Of a DNA stretch of 32,000 nt, positions 7,560 through 15,217 are shown piece by piece. This DNA is from Moraxella nasovis (GTDB lineage Bacteria; Pseudomonadota; Gammaproteobacteria; Pseudomonadales; Moraxellaceae), in contig NZ_CP089976.1 of the NCBI RefSeq assembly GCF_022701215.1, forward strand, positions 30,001 through 62,000, written 5' to 3'. Each line of letters begins with the position of its first letter. Positions within the stretch are counted from its first letter, which is position 1. The translations under genes were made by a program, and so were the position numbers. The notes below the pieces were generated by a model that was given only the letters and a program-made list of their open reading frames with translations, ran no database searches and was not told the DNA's origin.

Positions 7560-8519
7560 ATGTTAAAATTGACAGAACAGTCACCAAAACACATCATTGA
7601 GACAATTGCCAATTCTAGATACGGCAATCCTACATGGGATCAGGCAAGAATGAGTTTAAATTCAAAAGGTTTGATGAGCGAATATCTCATGATGGATGCT
7701 CAAGAAAACTTCATCCGCCAACAAACAGCTATCGTACGACAAAGAATAGAGGCAGTATTGGCAGTCATTGGTAACGCTAATTTAGTTGAGTTTGGTAAAA
7801 AAATTCAGGCTATGCAGGTAACGGCGGAAGCTGGAAAAGTGCCGACTGTTATTGATTTACAGCTGGAGGCAGGTGGTGATGAGTATGTTGACTCAGGTTA
7901 TTGGTCGCAAGGTGGAGCTGGAGATGGTGCTGAATGCACACCAACTGCAAATGACGGTAAATCGACTTCAGTTGCTGTTAAAATGTCGGAAGCGATATTT
8001 ATGGGTGATAGCCTAGCAGAAGCTTATCGTGCCGATGCAAGATACGCAAAGCGAGGAAGAAATCCAAGCCAAGTATTGAGTTATCTTAAAAACGCAGGAG
8101 ATCTAAAAGGAAAAACAGTTGTAATTTCTACCGGATTAAGTAATAATATTAAAGACATTGCATCTGTTGAAAAACAAATGCAATATTTAAGTCAATCTGG
8201 TGCAAATGTGGTTGTACTTGGGATTGTTGATAATTTTAAAAATGACATACAGCTTGCAAGCAAAACCAATGCATTTTTATCACAACAAGCGTCAAAGTAT
8301 GGTTTTGGCTTCCAAAGGGTGGGAAATTGGCAGCGCGGTGATGAAGCTTATAAAGCTCACCCGAAAAATTTAACAGAAAGTCAGTTTGTTAGGGCGAGTT
8401 CTAACACGGGTGTATCCACTACATCTTGTGAAAATGTTTCGCATGAGAGTGCTCCGTACACATCAGGAGCGGCACCCAAAGGCTTTACGCCTGATAAAGC
8501 TGAGGTTATTAAAAAGTAG
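7560..8519 (+). CDS. hypothetical protein with GDSL/SGNH-hydrolase-like motif; probably the upstream part of a frameshifted gene continuing to 8941
   Basis: Contains FMGDSLAE (GDSL block I) and ISTGLSNN (a block resembling G-x-N). The frame is open upstream to 7503, abutting repeat A, so the gene may be 5'-truncated. It ends at TAG 8517-8519, right after an A5 run. Confidence 0.6.
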   Translation: MLKLTEQSPKHIIETIANSRYGNPTWDQARMSLNSKGLMSEYLMMDAQENFIRQQTAIVRQRIEAVLAVIGNANLVEFGKKIQAMQVTAEAGKVPTVIDLQLEAGGDEYVDSGYWSQGGAGDGAECTPTANDGKSTSVAVKMSEAIFMGDSLAEAYRADARYAKRGRNPSQVLSYLKNAGDLKGKTVVISTGLSNNIKDIASVEKQMQYLSQSGANVVVLGIVDNFKNDIQLASKTNAFLSQQASKYGFGFQRVGNWQRGDEAYKAHPKNLTESQFVRASSNTGVSTTSCENVSHESAPYTSGAAPKGFTPDKAEVIKK

Positions 8520-8941
8520 CCGCTAATATTGGGGCTAATCCTAACGATTTAGCAGCTGTGATTTCCTTTGAGACTGGAGGCACATTTTCTCCTTCTATAA
8601 GAAACCCAGGGTCGTCAGCTACAGGTTTAATCCAATTTATGAAAGGATCTGGAGGAACTAAAGGGCTTTATTATGGCATGACAAGAAATCAATTTGCGTC
8701 TTTGAGTTTTAATACTCAAATGATCTATGTAGAAAAATATTTTAAAGAAAGAGGTTTTAGAGCCAATAAACCACAGAACGTCGCAAACCTTTACACAACG
8801 GTCACTGGGTATGGTTACAAACGTGGCTTCAAAGCTTATGAAAAAAATAAAGTATGGGATAGTAACCGTGATGACTATATAGCTAAAGGTGAGATGGTAA
8901 GAAACGCTGCCTTTAGAGCACATCAGAAAAAATATTTTTAA
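8513..8941 (+). CDS. SLT/lytic-transglycosylase-like domain (track ORF starts GTG 8558; frame open from 8513)
   Basis: KVAANIGANPNDLAAVISFETGGTFSPSIRNPGSSATGLIQFM matches SLT hallmarks (catalytic E-[ST], then A-x-GL-x-Q). Conserved-looking residues lie upstream of the GTG. There is no SD and no ATG, and the frame is -1 relative to 7560..8519. Confidence 0.6.
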   Translation, partial: KVAANIGANPNDLAAVISFETGGTFSPSIRNPGSSATGLIQFMKGSGGTKGLYYGMTRNQFASLSFNTQMIYVEKYFKERGFRANKPQNVANLYTTVTGYGYKRGFKAYEKNKVWDSNRDDYIAKGEMVRNAAFRAHQKKYF

Positions 8942-8957
8942 AAAAAAGAGGTCTTTT

Positions 8958-9341
8958 ATGAAAGTTTTAGCATTGACATTGGCTTTAGCAACCATGGTGG
9001 GGATGTCTACATCTGCACAAGCACATGATGATCCACGAAAAACAAGTGAATGCTATCTGTTTAAAAAAGACAAAGTGCTCAGCAAGGGTCGTTGTACCGT
9101 AGATAGTGGTGCTGGAGCTGGTGGGTCTTGGACAACAATTTCCTTTCGTGGTAAAAAATACCATTTTGAATATATTGATGAAATAGAATCGCCAAATAAT
9201 CAAGAACAAACGTCTTATATACGGGACAGCAAAATCCTGAAAATCATCAAAAACCCGCAGAATATGACTGCAGAACAAGCCGATAATCTACTATTTTGTG
9301 ATATATCGGGTAGTCAGCATATATGTTACAAGTCAGCTTGA
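8958..9341 (+). CDS. secreted/periplasmic protein of unknown function, 127 aa, 4 Cys
   Basis: Sec signal peptide MKVLALTLALATMVGMSTSAQA|HD. SD agagg lies 6 nt upstream. The gene starts 16 nt after the SLT-like ORF. Confidence 0.65.
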   Translation: MKVLALTLALATMVGMSTSAQAHDDPRKTSECYLFKKDKVLSKGRCTVDSGAGAGGSWTTISFRGKKYHFEYIDEIESPNNQEQTSYIRDSKILKIIKNPQNMTAEQADNLLFCDISGSQHICYKSA

Positions 9342-9390
9342 CTTCACTAGGAAAAATATATGATATATATCTGCCGCACCCCCTAAAGTG

Positions 9391-9615
9391 AGGGGGTATC
9401 GAGTTGATGAAAAATTTACAACCCAAACTTGTTCGTGCTGTAGCACATCAGCAACAGCAGCCCCAAAGGTAGAACAGGTCTTAGAATAGGAGTATGGACT
9501 TGTGGTACTTGTAACACCACGCATGACAGAGATGTCAATGCAGCCAAGAACATACTCCGTCTGGGACGTTAGACGCTCGCTGGAGGAAGCTCCTTGCTTT
9601 AGGCAGGGGAGTACG
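9391..9615 (+). pseudogene. tnpB: tnpB (IS200/IS605-family OrfB) 3' remnant, frameshifted, plus adjacent right-end/omega-RNA-like hairpin
   Basis: Two frames read RGYRVDEKFTTQTCSCC / HISNSSPKGRTGLRIGVWTCGTCNTTHDRDVNAAKNILRLGR* (stop at 9570-9572). This gives the TSQTCS..C and C..C...DRDVNAA.NI zinc-finger/RuvC-III hallmarks. The downstream hairpin is ctccttgc-tttag-gcagggag. No N-terminal part and no tnpA are present. Confidence 0.75.
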
Positions 9616-9670
9616 TCAATTAATCTTAACATACTATTTAATATATTTAAAGTATCATCGGAGGGATGTT

Positions 9671-10336
9671 ATGAAGCAGGGTTTTGCAAAATTATCTTTG
9701 GTGGCTTTTGTGCTTGGTGCTGTTAGCACGCCTGCATTAGCTGCGGTGGATTGGACACCATATCTTTTGGGTATGACAGACAGCTGTAACCAGAGGCCTC
9801 TTTTTGAAGTATTTGAGAATCCACGCCAGTATAAAGCTGTCAAATCAAGTATTATAAAAAGAACTAAAAAATCCAATGCTGATTATCATGCTGATGTTTA
9901 TATATATCATTTAAAAAATGCCACTGCTTTTGGTATTCCTATTACAAAAATTGAAAAGTCAGACCATCATGAAGCAAACTATGTACGAGTTTATTTTGCC
10001 AATGATTCTATGAAAAAATTAAAAAATAAATTTGGGGTATTAGTTGGTGATAATATCAAACACATCGGAGAAGAAGGGATGTGGTTGGTGAAAGAAACTG
10101 GTGATGGAAGTTATTATACACCGCAAAAGTTTCCATATTCTTATGCTAAAAAATATGGGTTTGTAGGTGGTGGTGATGACGCTTGGGAAAAGCAAGCTAT
10201 GTTTTATGATGCCTATGGCGCGGGTGTTGTCTATGTTATTGATAAAAACAGTTATGATGTGAGCTATGCTGATTTTGGGGGTGGTGCTTATTTCACCTTT
10301 GACGAGAAAACCCGTAGCATCGAGTGCGCTCATTAA
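9671..10336 (+). CDS. secreted protein of unknown function, 221 aa
   Basis: Signal peptide MKQGFAKLSLVAFVLGAVSTPALA|AVD. A strong SD (ggaggg) lies 5 nt upstream. No recognisable domain. Confidence 0.65.
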   Translation: MKQGFAKLSLVAFVLGAVSTPALAAVDWTPYLLGMTDSCNQRPLFEVFENPRQYKAVKSSIIKRTKKSNADYHADVYIYHLKNATAFGIPITKIEKSDHHEANYVRVYFANDSMKKLKNKFGVLVGDNIKHIGEEGMWLVKETGDGSYYTPQKFPYSYAKKYGFVGGGDDAWEKQAMFYDAYGAGVVYVIDKNSYDVSYADFGGGAYFTFDEKTRSIECAH

Positions 10337-10615
10337 TAAATAATTTGTCATTTCTCTAGCCCGCTAAGATCCTTTTACTCCTATGTAGATGGTATCACAG
10401 TGGATCTTTTTGTTCGTGTACTACACCAATGCTGTATAGATGGTTGATGAGATTATCACTAGCGATAAGCTGGTGATCAGTTTTAGAGCAAATGGCAGCT
10501 ATGCTACACTGTTCTTTAGCACGCATTTGAATGGTCGGAGCTAAAAACTAATACTTGTAAACCTGTCTAAAACTATTTAAAATAATGCAAATGGTAAAAG
10601 AAACCCAATGATTAG

Positions 10616-10723
10616 AGGTCATGTTATCCGACTTGCCCCAACTGTCAAACACACCATGACCGTGATGTGAATGCCAGTATAAATATTTTAAATCAAGCAG
10701 ATAAGGTTTTAACTTTATCTTAA
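10616..10723 (+). pseudogene. tnpB: second, different tnpB 3' remnant (last ~35 codons only)
   Basis: Reads RSCYPTCPNCQTHHDRDVNASINILNQADKVLTLS* (stop at 10721-10723), matching the C..C...DRDVNAS.NIL motif. A stop lies immediately upstream at 10613, so only the tail survives. Confidence 0.65.
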
Positions 10724-10738
10724 TAAAAATCTTGGTGG

Positions 10739-10875
10739 GTAAGTTTTATCCTCAATTAAAAACGCCTATGGAGTTGCTAAGTCCAAGTTTAAATGAATAA
10801 GGCAACGAGCATTGAAGTAGGAATTAAACGCTAAACCTACCTTATAGGTCGGTTTAGATAGGTTTTAAGGGACAG
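10739..10875 (+). repeat. inverted repeat copy B (137 bp), right end of the decayed tnpB element
   Basis: It begins 15 nt after the tnpB-remnant stop, the position expected for an IS200/IS605 right end (omega-RNA scaffold). It is ~93% identical to the reverse complement of 7375-7509 and ends 8 nt before the LysR start codon. Confidence 0.85.
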
Positions 10876-10883
10876 TGTAAGAT

Positions 10884-11762
10884 ATGTTAGATAATTTACG
10901 CCGCATGATGATCTTTGTTAAGGTGGTAAACAATGGTTCTTTTGGTGCAACAGCTAAAGAATTAGGTACCTCGACAAGTGCGGTTAGCCAGCAAATTACT
11001 CTTTTAGAATCATATTTTGGTGTATCATTATTGCATCGTTCAACCCGCAAACTTAGCATGAGTGAAGCAGGAGAGATCCTTTATGAAACTGCCTTGCAAA
11101 TTATTAAAATTGCCGAACAAGGTCGAGATAGCATAAGCCAGCTCAAAGGCGGTCTTTCAGGAAATTTACGTATTGCCACATCTCCTGAAATCGCCAAAAC
11201 CTATCTTATTCCTGCATTGGATGCGTGGCTAAGAGAATATGAAGATTTGTCTTTAACTTTCATATTTCATGATGATCATCTTGATATGATTGAAGACCGT
11301 ATTGACTTGGCTTTAACTTTAGAAGAAGAGCCTTTGGGTAAGCCTTTGACGACTGTAAAACAACTGCTTTTAGCGTCTCCAGGCTATATTGATGGTCATG
11401 ACGTCATTAAAGAACCGCAGGATTTAGCATCACATGCTTTTATTGCTCATGGAGATAAACAAAAAGAACGTCTAGAATTTCAAAAAAATAATAATAAATT
11501 TAGTATTCGTATACCACCTCGTCTTGCAAGCAACGACCAATCTATTGTACTTAATTTAGCGGTGGCAGGACATGGTATTATTAAGACAAATGAAATTGAT
11601 GCTAAAGCATTTATAGAATCTGGAGAGCTGATCCATGTATTGCCTGATTATCAATTACCAAATCTCACACTTGGTGCATTAGCTAGTAACCAAGACAAAT
11701 CGTCTATTCGAGTAGAAAGATGCATTGAGCTTTTGAGAGAATTCTTTAGTGAAAAATCTTAG
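10884..11762 (+). CDS. LysR-family transcriptional regulator
   Basis: N-terminal wHTH FGATAKELGTSTSAVSQQITLLESYFGVSLLHRSTRKLSMSEAG, with a ~200-aa substrate-binding-type C-terminal domain. Confidence 0.85.
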   Translation: MLDNLRRMMIFVKVVNNGSFGATAKELGTSTSAVSQQITLLESYFGVSLLHRSTRKLSMSEAGEILYETALQIIKIAEQGRDSISQLKGGLSGNLRIATSPEIAKTYLIPALDAWLREYEDLSLTFIFHDDHLDMIEDRIDLALTLEEEPLGKPLTTVKQLLLASPGYIDGHDVIKEPQDLASHAFIAHGDKQKERLEFQKNNNKFSIRIPPRLASNDQSIVLNLAVAGHGIIKTNEIDAKAFIESGELIHVLPDYQLPNLTLGALASNQDKSSIRVERCIELLREFFSEKS

Positions 11763-12056
11763 TTTATTTTTTTTGAAGATTAGGTGCGGTAAACATTATT
11801 TAACATAATATACATTATGCGAAGTATAACTAACCAGTTTGGGCGGATAATTTCAAATCTGATTTTTGATGATTATTTCAAATAAATAAAGCTTTTATTA
11901 TAGATAGATTTGGCTAAGTATGGATTTTGGTTTGTTATTTATGGTTGCATGATTTAGCCTTGATAAATTTGATTTTTTTTTATAAGTTTGTATCGCTGTT
12001 CATGATAAACTTATAAAGACATAACGACTTTAACGATTTTGCTATATTTTACATAA

Positions 12057-12090
12057 TAAAAAAACCAAGGCGTTCACCTTGGTTTTTTAT
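12057..12090. terminator. bidirectional-looking rho-independent terminator (serves the minus-strand kinase gene)
   Basis: Stem aaccaagg (12063-12070) pairs with ccttggtt (12077-12084). It is flanked by an A-run and a T-run. Confidence 0.7.
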
Positions 12091-12158
12091 TTCACTAAAT
12101 GACAACTTACCAAAATAAGCCAGCACCAACAAAGCCACCCACATCAAATACCTGCTCG

Positions 12159-13430
12159 TTAGACAAGCTTAAGTAAATCTAGCCGCCTATCTTCAAACAG
12201 ATCCATCTGGGGAGCAAGTACCGTCATAAAGCGATCAAAATACAGCAGCTGCTTTAGCAGTAAGGCAAAATCTCGTGGGAAATGTATGCCGTGGCGTTTA
12301 CCAATCTCGCTAAGCTCTAGCATAAGCTTATTTAGACTGTCGGTATGAGTGGCTTTATCGGCTGATCCTGTATATACCTTGCCCAGCAGGCTACTAAGGT
12401 CAGTCGATAAGCGATGTACATCCACCTGAGCACTACCATGTGTCATGCCAATGTCAATCATTGCCTGTGCCATCTGATGGTAGTTATTTGCTTGCATGGC
12501 TTGAACAAGGATAAAACAAGCGTTTAGGCTTTTTGGGTCAATTTTCCCTACAAGCCCAAAATCTAAAAATCCCACACGCCCATCATGAGTGAGCATGACG
12601 TTACCAGCATGTAAATCGGCATGAAATTCACCTGTCATCATTAGCGATAAAAACCATGTATCTAGTACAGTAGACATCACTGTCTTTGGATCGGCAAGCC
12701 CATGCAAACCATCATCTATAAGAGAGATACCTTCTAGCAAAGACATGGTTAACACCCTTTTGGTGCTAAATTGTTCATAGACTTTGGGTGTAATGACAGT
12801 GTTATTTTGCGTCTGATGTAAAAAGTTAGCAAACCGCCTTAGGTTTTCGCTTTCTGCGATAAAGTCAGTCTCTGCCATCATGCGTGTACGAATCTCATCA
12901 ATGATAGGAGCAAGATTGGCAAGCTTCATTGATGGCACAAGCTTCTCTGCTGCCCAAAATGCACCATGAAGCACGCCAAGATCGGTGGCGATAACCGTGC
13001 CAACATTGGGCTTTTGAATTTTAATAGCGACCTTCTCGCCTGTGCGTAATACTGCCTGATGCACCTGTGCGATACTTGCCGATGCTAAAGGCTTAGGATT
13101 AATACTCTCAAAAATCGCACTCGTATCACCAAGCTCATCTGTTAGGACATCTTGGATAACGCTAAAGCTGACAGGCGTGGTCTGATCTAGACAGTCGGCA
13201 AATGCCATCACATATTCACGAGGGAATATAGAAGGCGTACTTGCGATAAATTGCCCAAGCTTAATGTAAGTAACGCCAAGCTTTTCAAAGGTCTGTTTAA
13301 GCAGCTCGGCATCTGCCTTTTCGCCCTTTGCCACACGCAGCATGGATAGCCCTGCTACGCTGACAGTTTTTTGGAGTCTTAGGGCAGAAGTTACGCCTGT
13401 TTTGGCAAGTTTTAAGGGATTTAATTTCAT
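12159..13430 (-). CDS. ABC1/AarF/UbiB-family atypical protein kinase
   Basis: Motifs LGQFIASTPSIFP, ASIAQVHQAVL..GEKVAIKIQKP, HADLHAGNVM and FLDFG. At 423 aa it is shorter than canonical UbiB. Confidence 0.8.
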   Translation of the reverse strand: MKLNPLKLAKTGVTSALRLQKTVSVAGLSMLRVAKGEKADAELLKQTFEKLGVTYIKLGQFIASTPSIFPREYVMAFADCLDQTTPVSFSVIQDVLTDELGDTSAIFESINPKPLASASIAQVHQAVLRTGEKVAIKIQKPNVGTVIATDLGVLHGAFWAAEKLVPSMKLANLAPIIDEIRTRMMAETDFIAESENLRRFANFLHQTQNNTVITPKVYEQFSTKRVLTMSLLEGISLIDDGLHGLADPKTVMSTVLDTWFLSLMMTGEFHADLHAGNVMLTHDGRVGFLDFGLVGKIDPKSLNACFILVQAMQANNYHQMAQAMIDIGMTHGSAQVDVHRLSTDLSSLLGKVYTGSADKATHTDSLNKLMLELSEIGKRHGIHFPRDFALLLKQLLYFDRFMTVLAPQMDLFEDRRLDLLKLV

Positions 13431-13443
13431 AAGAATGTCTTTA

Positions 13444-14217
13444 TTAGTAAGTGTTAGTTATGCTTTTACATACAGTGCAAGTGGGATTTTTGGCAAAAGT
13501 TGTGCGTCTTTGGGTGAGCGTTTCACCTTGCCATAAGATAAGCGTATTAGCAATGGGGTTTTTGCCCTTTCCCAAAAAACTTAATGCGACTTGAGCTTGT
13601 AGGCTTGCCATAACTGCGACAGTACTGGCTAGTACGCCAGAGTTGGTGCAGTTTTGTGCGTTATCATCTGTATCGTCGCCAAATATGCAGTGATAACAGC
13701 CTTGCTTGCTAAAGTCATTAAAAAACAACAGTTGTCCGACTTGTCCAATCGCTGAGGCAGATAATAATGGTGTGCTTAGTGCCACGCAAGTTCGGTTAAT
13801 TAGATCACGCACCATGAAGTTATCTGTACAGTCTAGTACTAAGTCTGCCCGACACGCCGCTAATACTGCCATAATATTATCATAGGTAAGCTTGATATCC
13901 TGATAGGTGATGGTTATAAGTTCATTTTGGGTGCATAACTGCTCGTAGGCGGTTTTGGCTTTTGATTGACCAATATCTGCTTTGGTAAAGAGAATTTGAC
14001 GCTGCAGATTACTTTCATCAATCATGTCATAATCCACCAAATGCACCGATCCAACGCCCGCTCTGACCAATGTTTGGGCGACAAAACAGCCTAAGCCGCC
14101 CAAGCCTATGATAAGAATGCGACTGTTTTTTAGGCAAGTTTGGGCGTCAATATCCCAATCATCTAACAGGATTTGGCGAGCATACCGCAATAGTTCATCA
14201 TCGGTGAGTGTCATCAT
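13444..14217 (-). CDS. moeB: HesA/MoeB/ThiF-family adenylyltransferase (MoeB-like)
   Basis: RYARQILL...IIGLGGLGC...VDYDMIDESNLQRQILF, plus CxxC pairs (CYHC, CTVC). A 4-nt ATGA overlap with prmC indicates coupling. The MoeB versus ThiF assignment is not resolvable by eye. Confidence 0.65.
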   Translation of the reverse strand: MMTLTDDELLRYARQILLDDWDIDAQTCLKNSRILIIGLGGLGCFVAQTLVRAGVGSVHLVDYDMIDESNLQRQILFTKADIGQSKAKTAYEQLCTQNELITITYQDIKLTYDNIMAVLAACRADLVLDCTDNFMVRDLINRTCVALSTPLLSASAIGQVGQLLFFNDFSKQGCYHCIFGDDTDDNAQNCTNSGVLASTVAVMASLQAQVALSFLGKGKNPIANTLILWQGETLTQRRTTFAKNPTCTVCKSITNTY

Positions 14218-15059
14218 GGATGCAAAACCCCTAAAGTTACACGGTCATTGCTGCCATAATCTTGTATTGTTCGCACTTGCTGATAGCCATTATTTTCAAA
14301 AATTTCACGCACACACGCCCCTTGATTATAGCCATGTTCAATCGCTAAAAGCCCACCTGTAAAAAGATGCTGTGCTGACTGCTGAGCAATTAGGCAAATA
14401 TCAGCAAGCCCATCATCATCAGCAACTAAGGCGGTGACAGGTTCAGCGGTCAAAGTATGTAGATGCGTATCTGTTTTACTGATATAAGGCGGGTTTGAGA
14501 CGATGACATCAAACTGTGATGATGGTAAAATCGCCCCAAACCAATCTGATTGCATAAACCGACAGTTATCTACCCCAAGCGTTTTGGCATTCATTTTAGC
14601 CACCATTAAAGCATTTTCACAAAAATCCACGCCAAGCAAGTCGGCATTTGGTAGCTCTTTGGCAATCGTGATGGCGATGCAGCCTGAGCCTGTGCCTAAG
14701 TCTAGGATTTTGGCACTATTAGCCCTTTTATTGTCTTTGATAAAATCAAGCACGCTTTGGACTAAGATCTCGGTATCTGGTCTTGGGATTAGAGTGTGCT
14801 GATTAACCAAGAAGTCTCGCCCAAAAAACGCCTGAACGCCCGTCAAATAAGCTAAGGGTATGCCGCTTAGCATCTGGTCAACGCCATCGTTAAACCGTCG
14901 CCATTCGTCATCGTTTAGCACATAATCGCCATCTGTGATAAGAAAGCTACTCGGCTGATTAATCACAGTGAGTAGCCATGATTGTAGCCAGTGATACGGC
15001 AAGCTTTCTGTGGCGATGGATCGGTAGTAGTGCTTAATAGAAGCGATAGATTTTGGCAT
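14214..15059 (-). CDS. prmC: peptide chain release factor N5-glutamine methyltransferase
   Basis: Motifs DLGTGSGCIA (SAM binding) and VSNPPYI (NPPY). Confidence 0.85.
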   Translation of the reverse strand: MPKSIASIKHYYRSIATESLPYHWLQSWLLTVINQPSSFLITDGDYVLNDDEWRRFNDGVDQMLSGIPLAYLTGVQAFFGRDFLVNQHTLIPRPDTEILVQSVLDFIKDNKRANSAKILDLGTGSGCIAITIAKELPNADLLGVDFCENALMVAKMNAKTLGVDNCRFMQSDWFGAILPSSQFDVIVSNPPYISKTDTHLHTLTAEPVTALVADDDGLADICLIAQQSAQHLFTGGLLAIEHGYNQGACVREIFENNGYQQVRTIQDYGSNDRVTLGVLHP

Positions 15060-15123
15060 AATTACTCAGATGGCTTGGTATTACTTCATATTATAGCAAA
15101 AAAATCAGTATTCATTAACCATA

Positions 15124-15158
15124 CAAAAAACCGAATAACATACGCTATTCGGTTTTAT
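15124..15158 (-). terminator. rho-independent terminator after sodA
   Basis: Stem aaccgaata (15129-15137) pairs with tattcggtt (15146-15154). A T6 run follows on the minus strand. Confidence 0.7.
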
Positions 15159-15217
15159 CAACCAATTGACTAGATAACACTGTGTGCATTAGCTAGTCTT
15201 TGGTGCGTAATGACTGA

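Noticed and set aside
7560-8941. Reading the pilin-like gene plus the hydrolase as evidence of an intact conjugative T4SS or a prophage lysis cassette
   Set aside because: No VirB4/VirD4 ATPase, relaxase, portal, terminase or capsid genes occur anywhere in the window. The hydrolase is frameshifted and probably 5'-truncated. At most these are remnants.
9333-9726. ORFs 9333..9632(-) and 9502..9726(+)
   Set aside because: Both overlap the tnpB remnant and its right-end hairpin in the wrong frames. The + ORF also runs into the real signal-peptide gene starting at 9671 in another frame.
8627-10351. Minus-strand ORFs 8627..8995, 8985..9278, 9655..9876 and 10040..10351
   Set aside because: They are antisense shadows of better-supported + strand genes that have SDs and signal peptides. 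AT-rich DNA readily gives such open frames.
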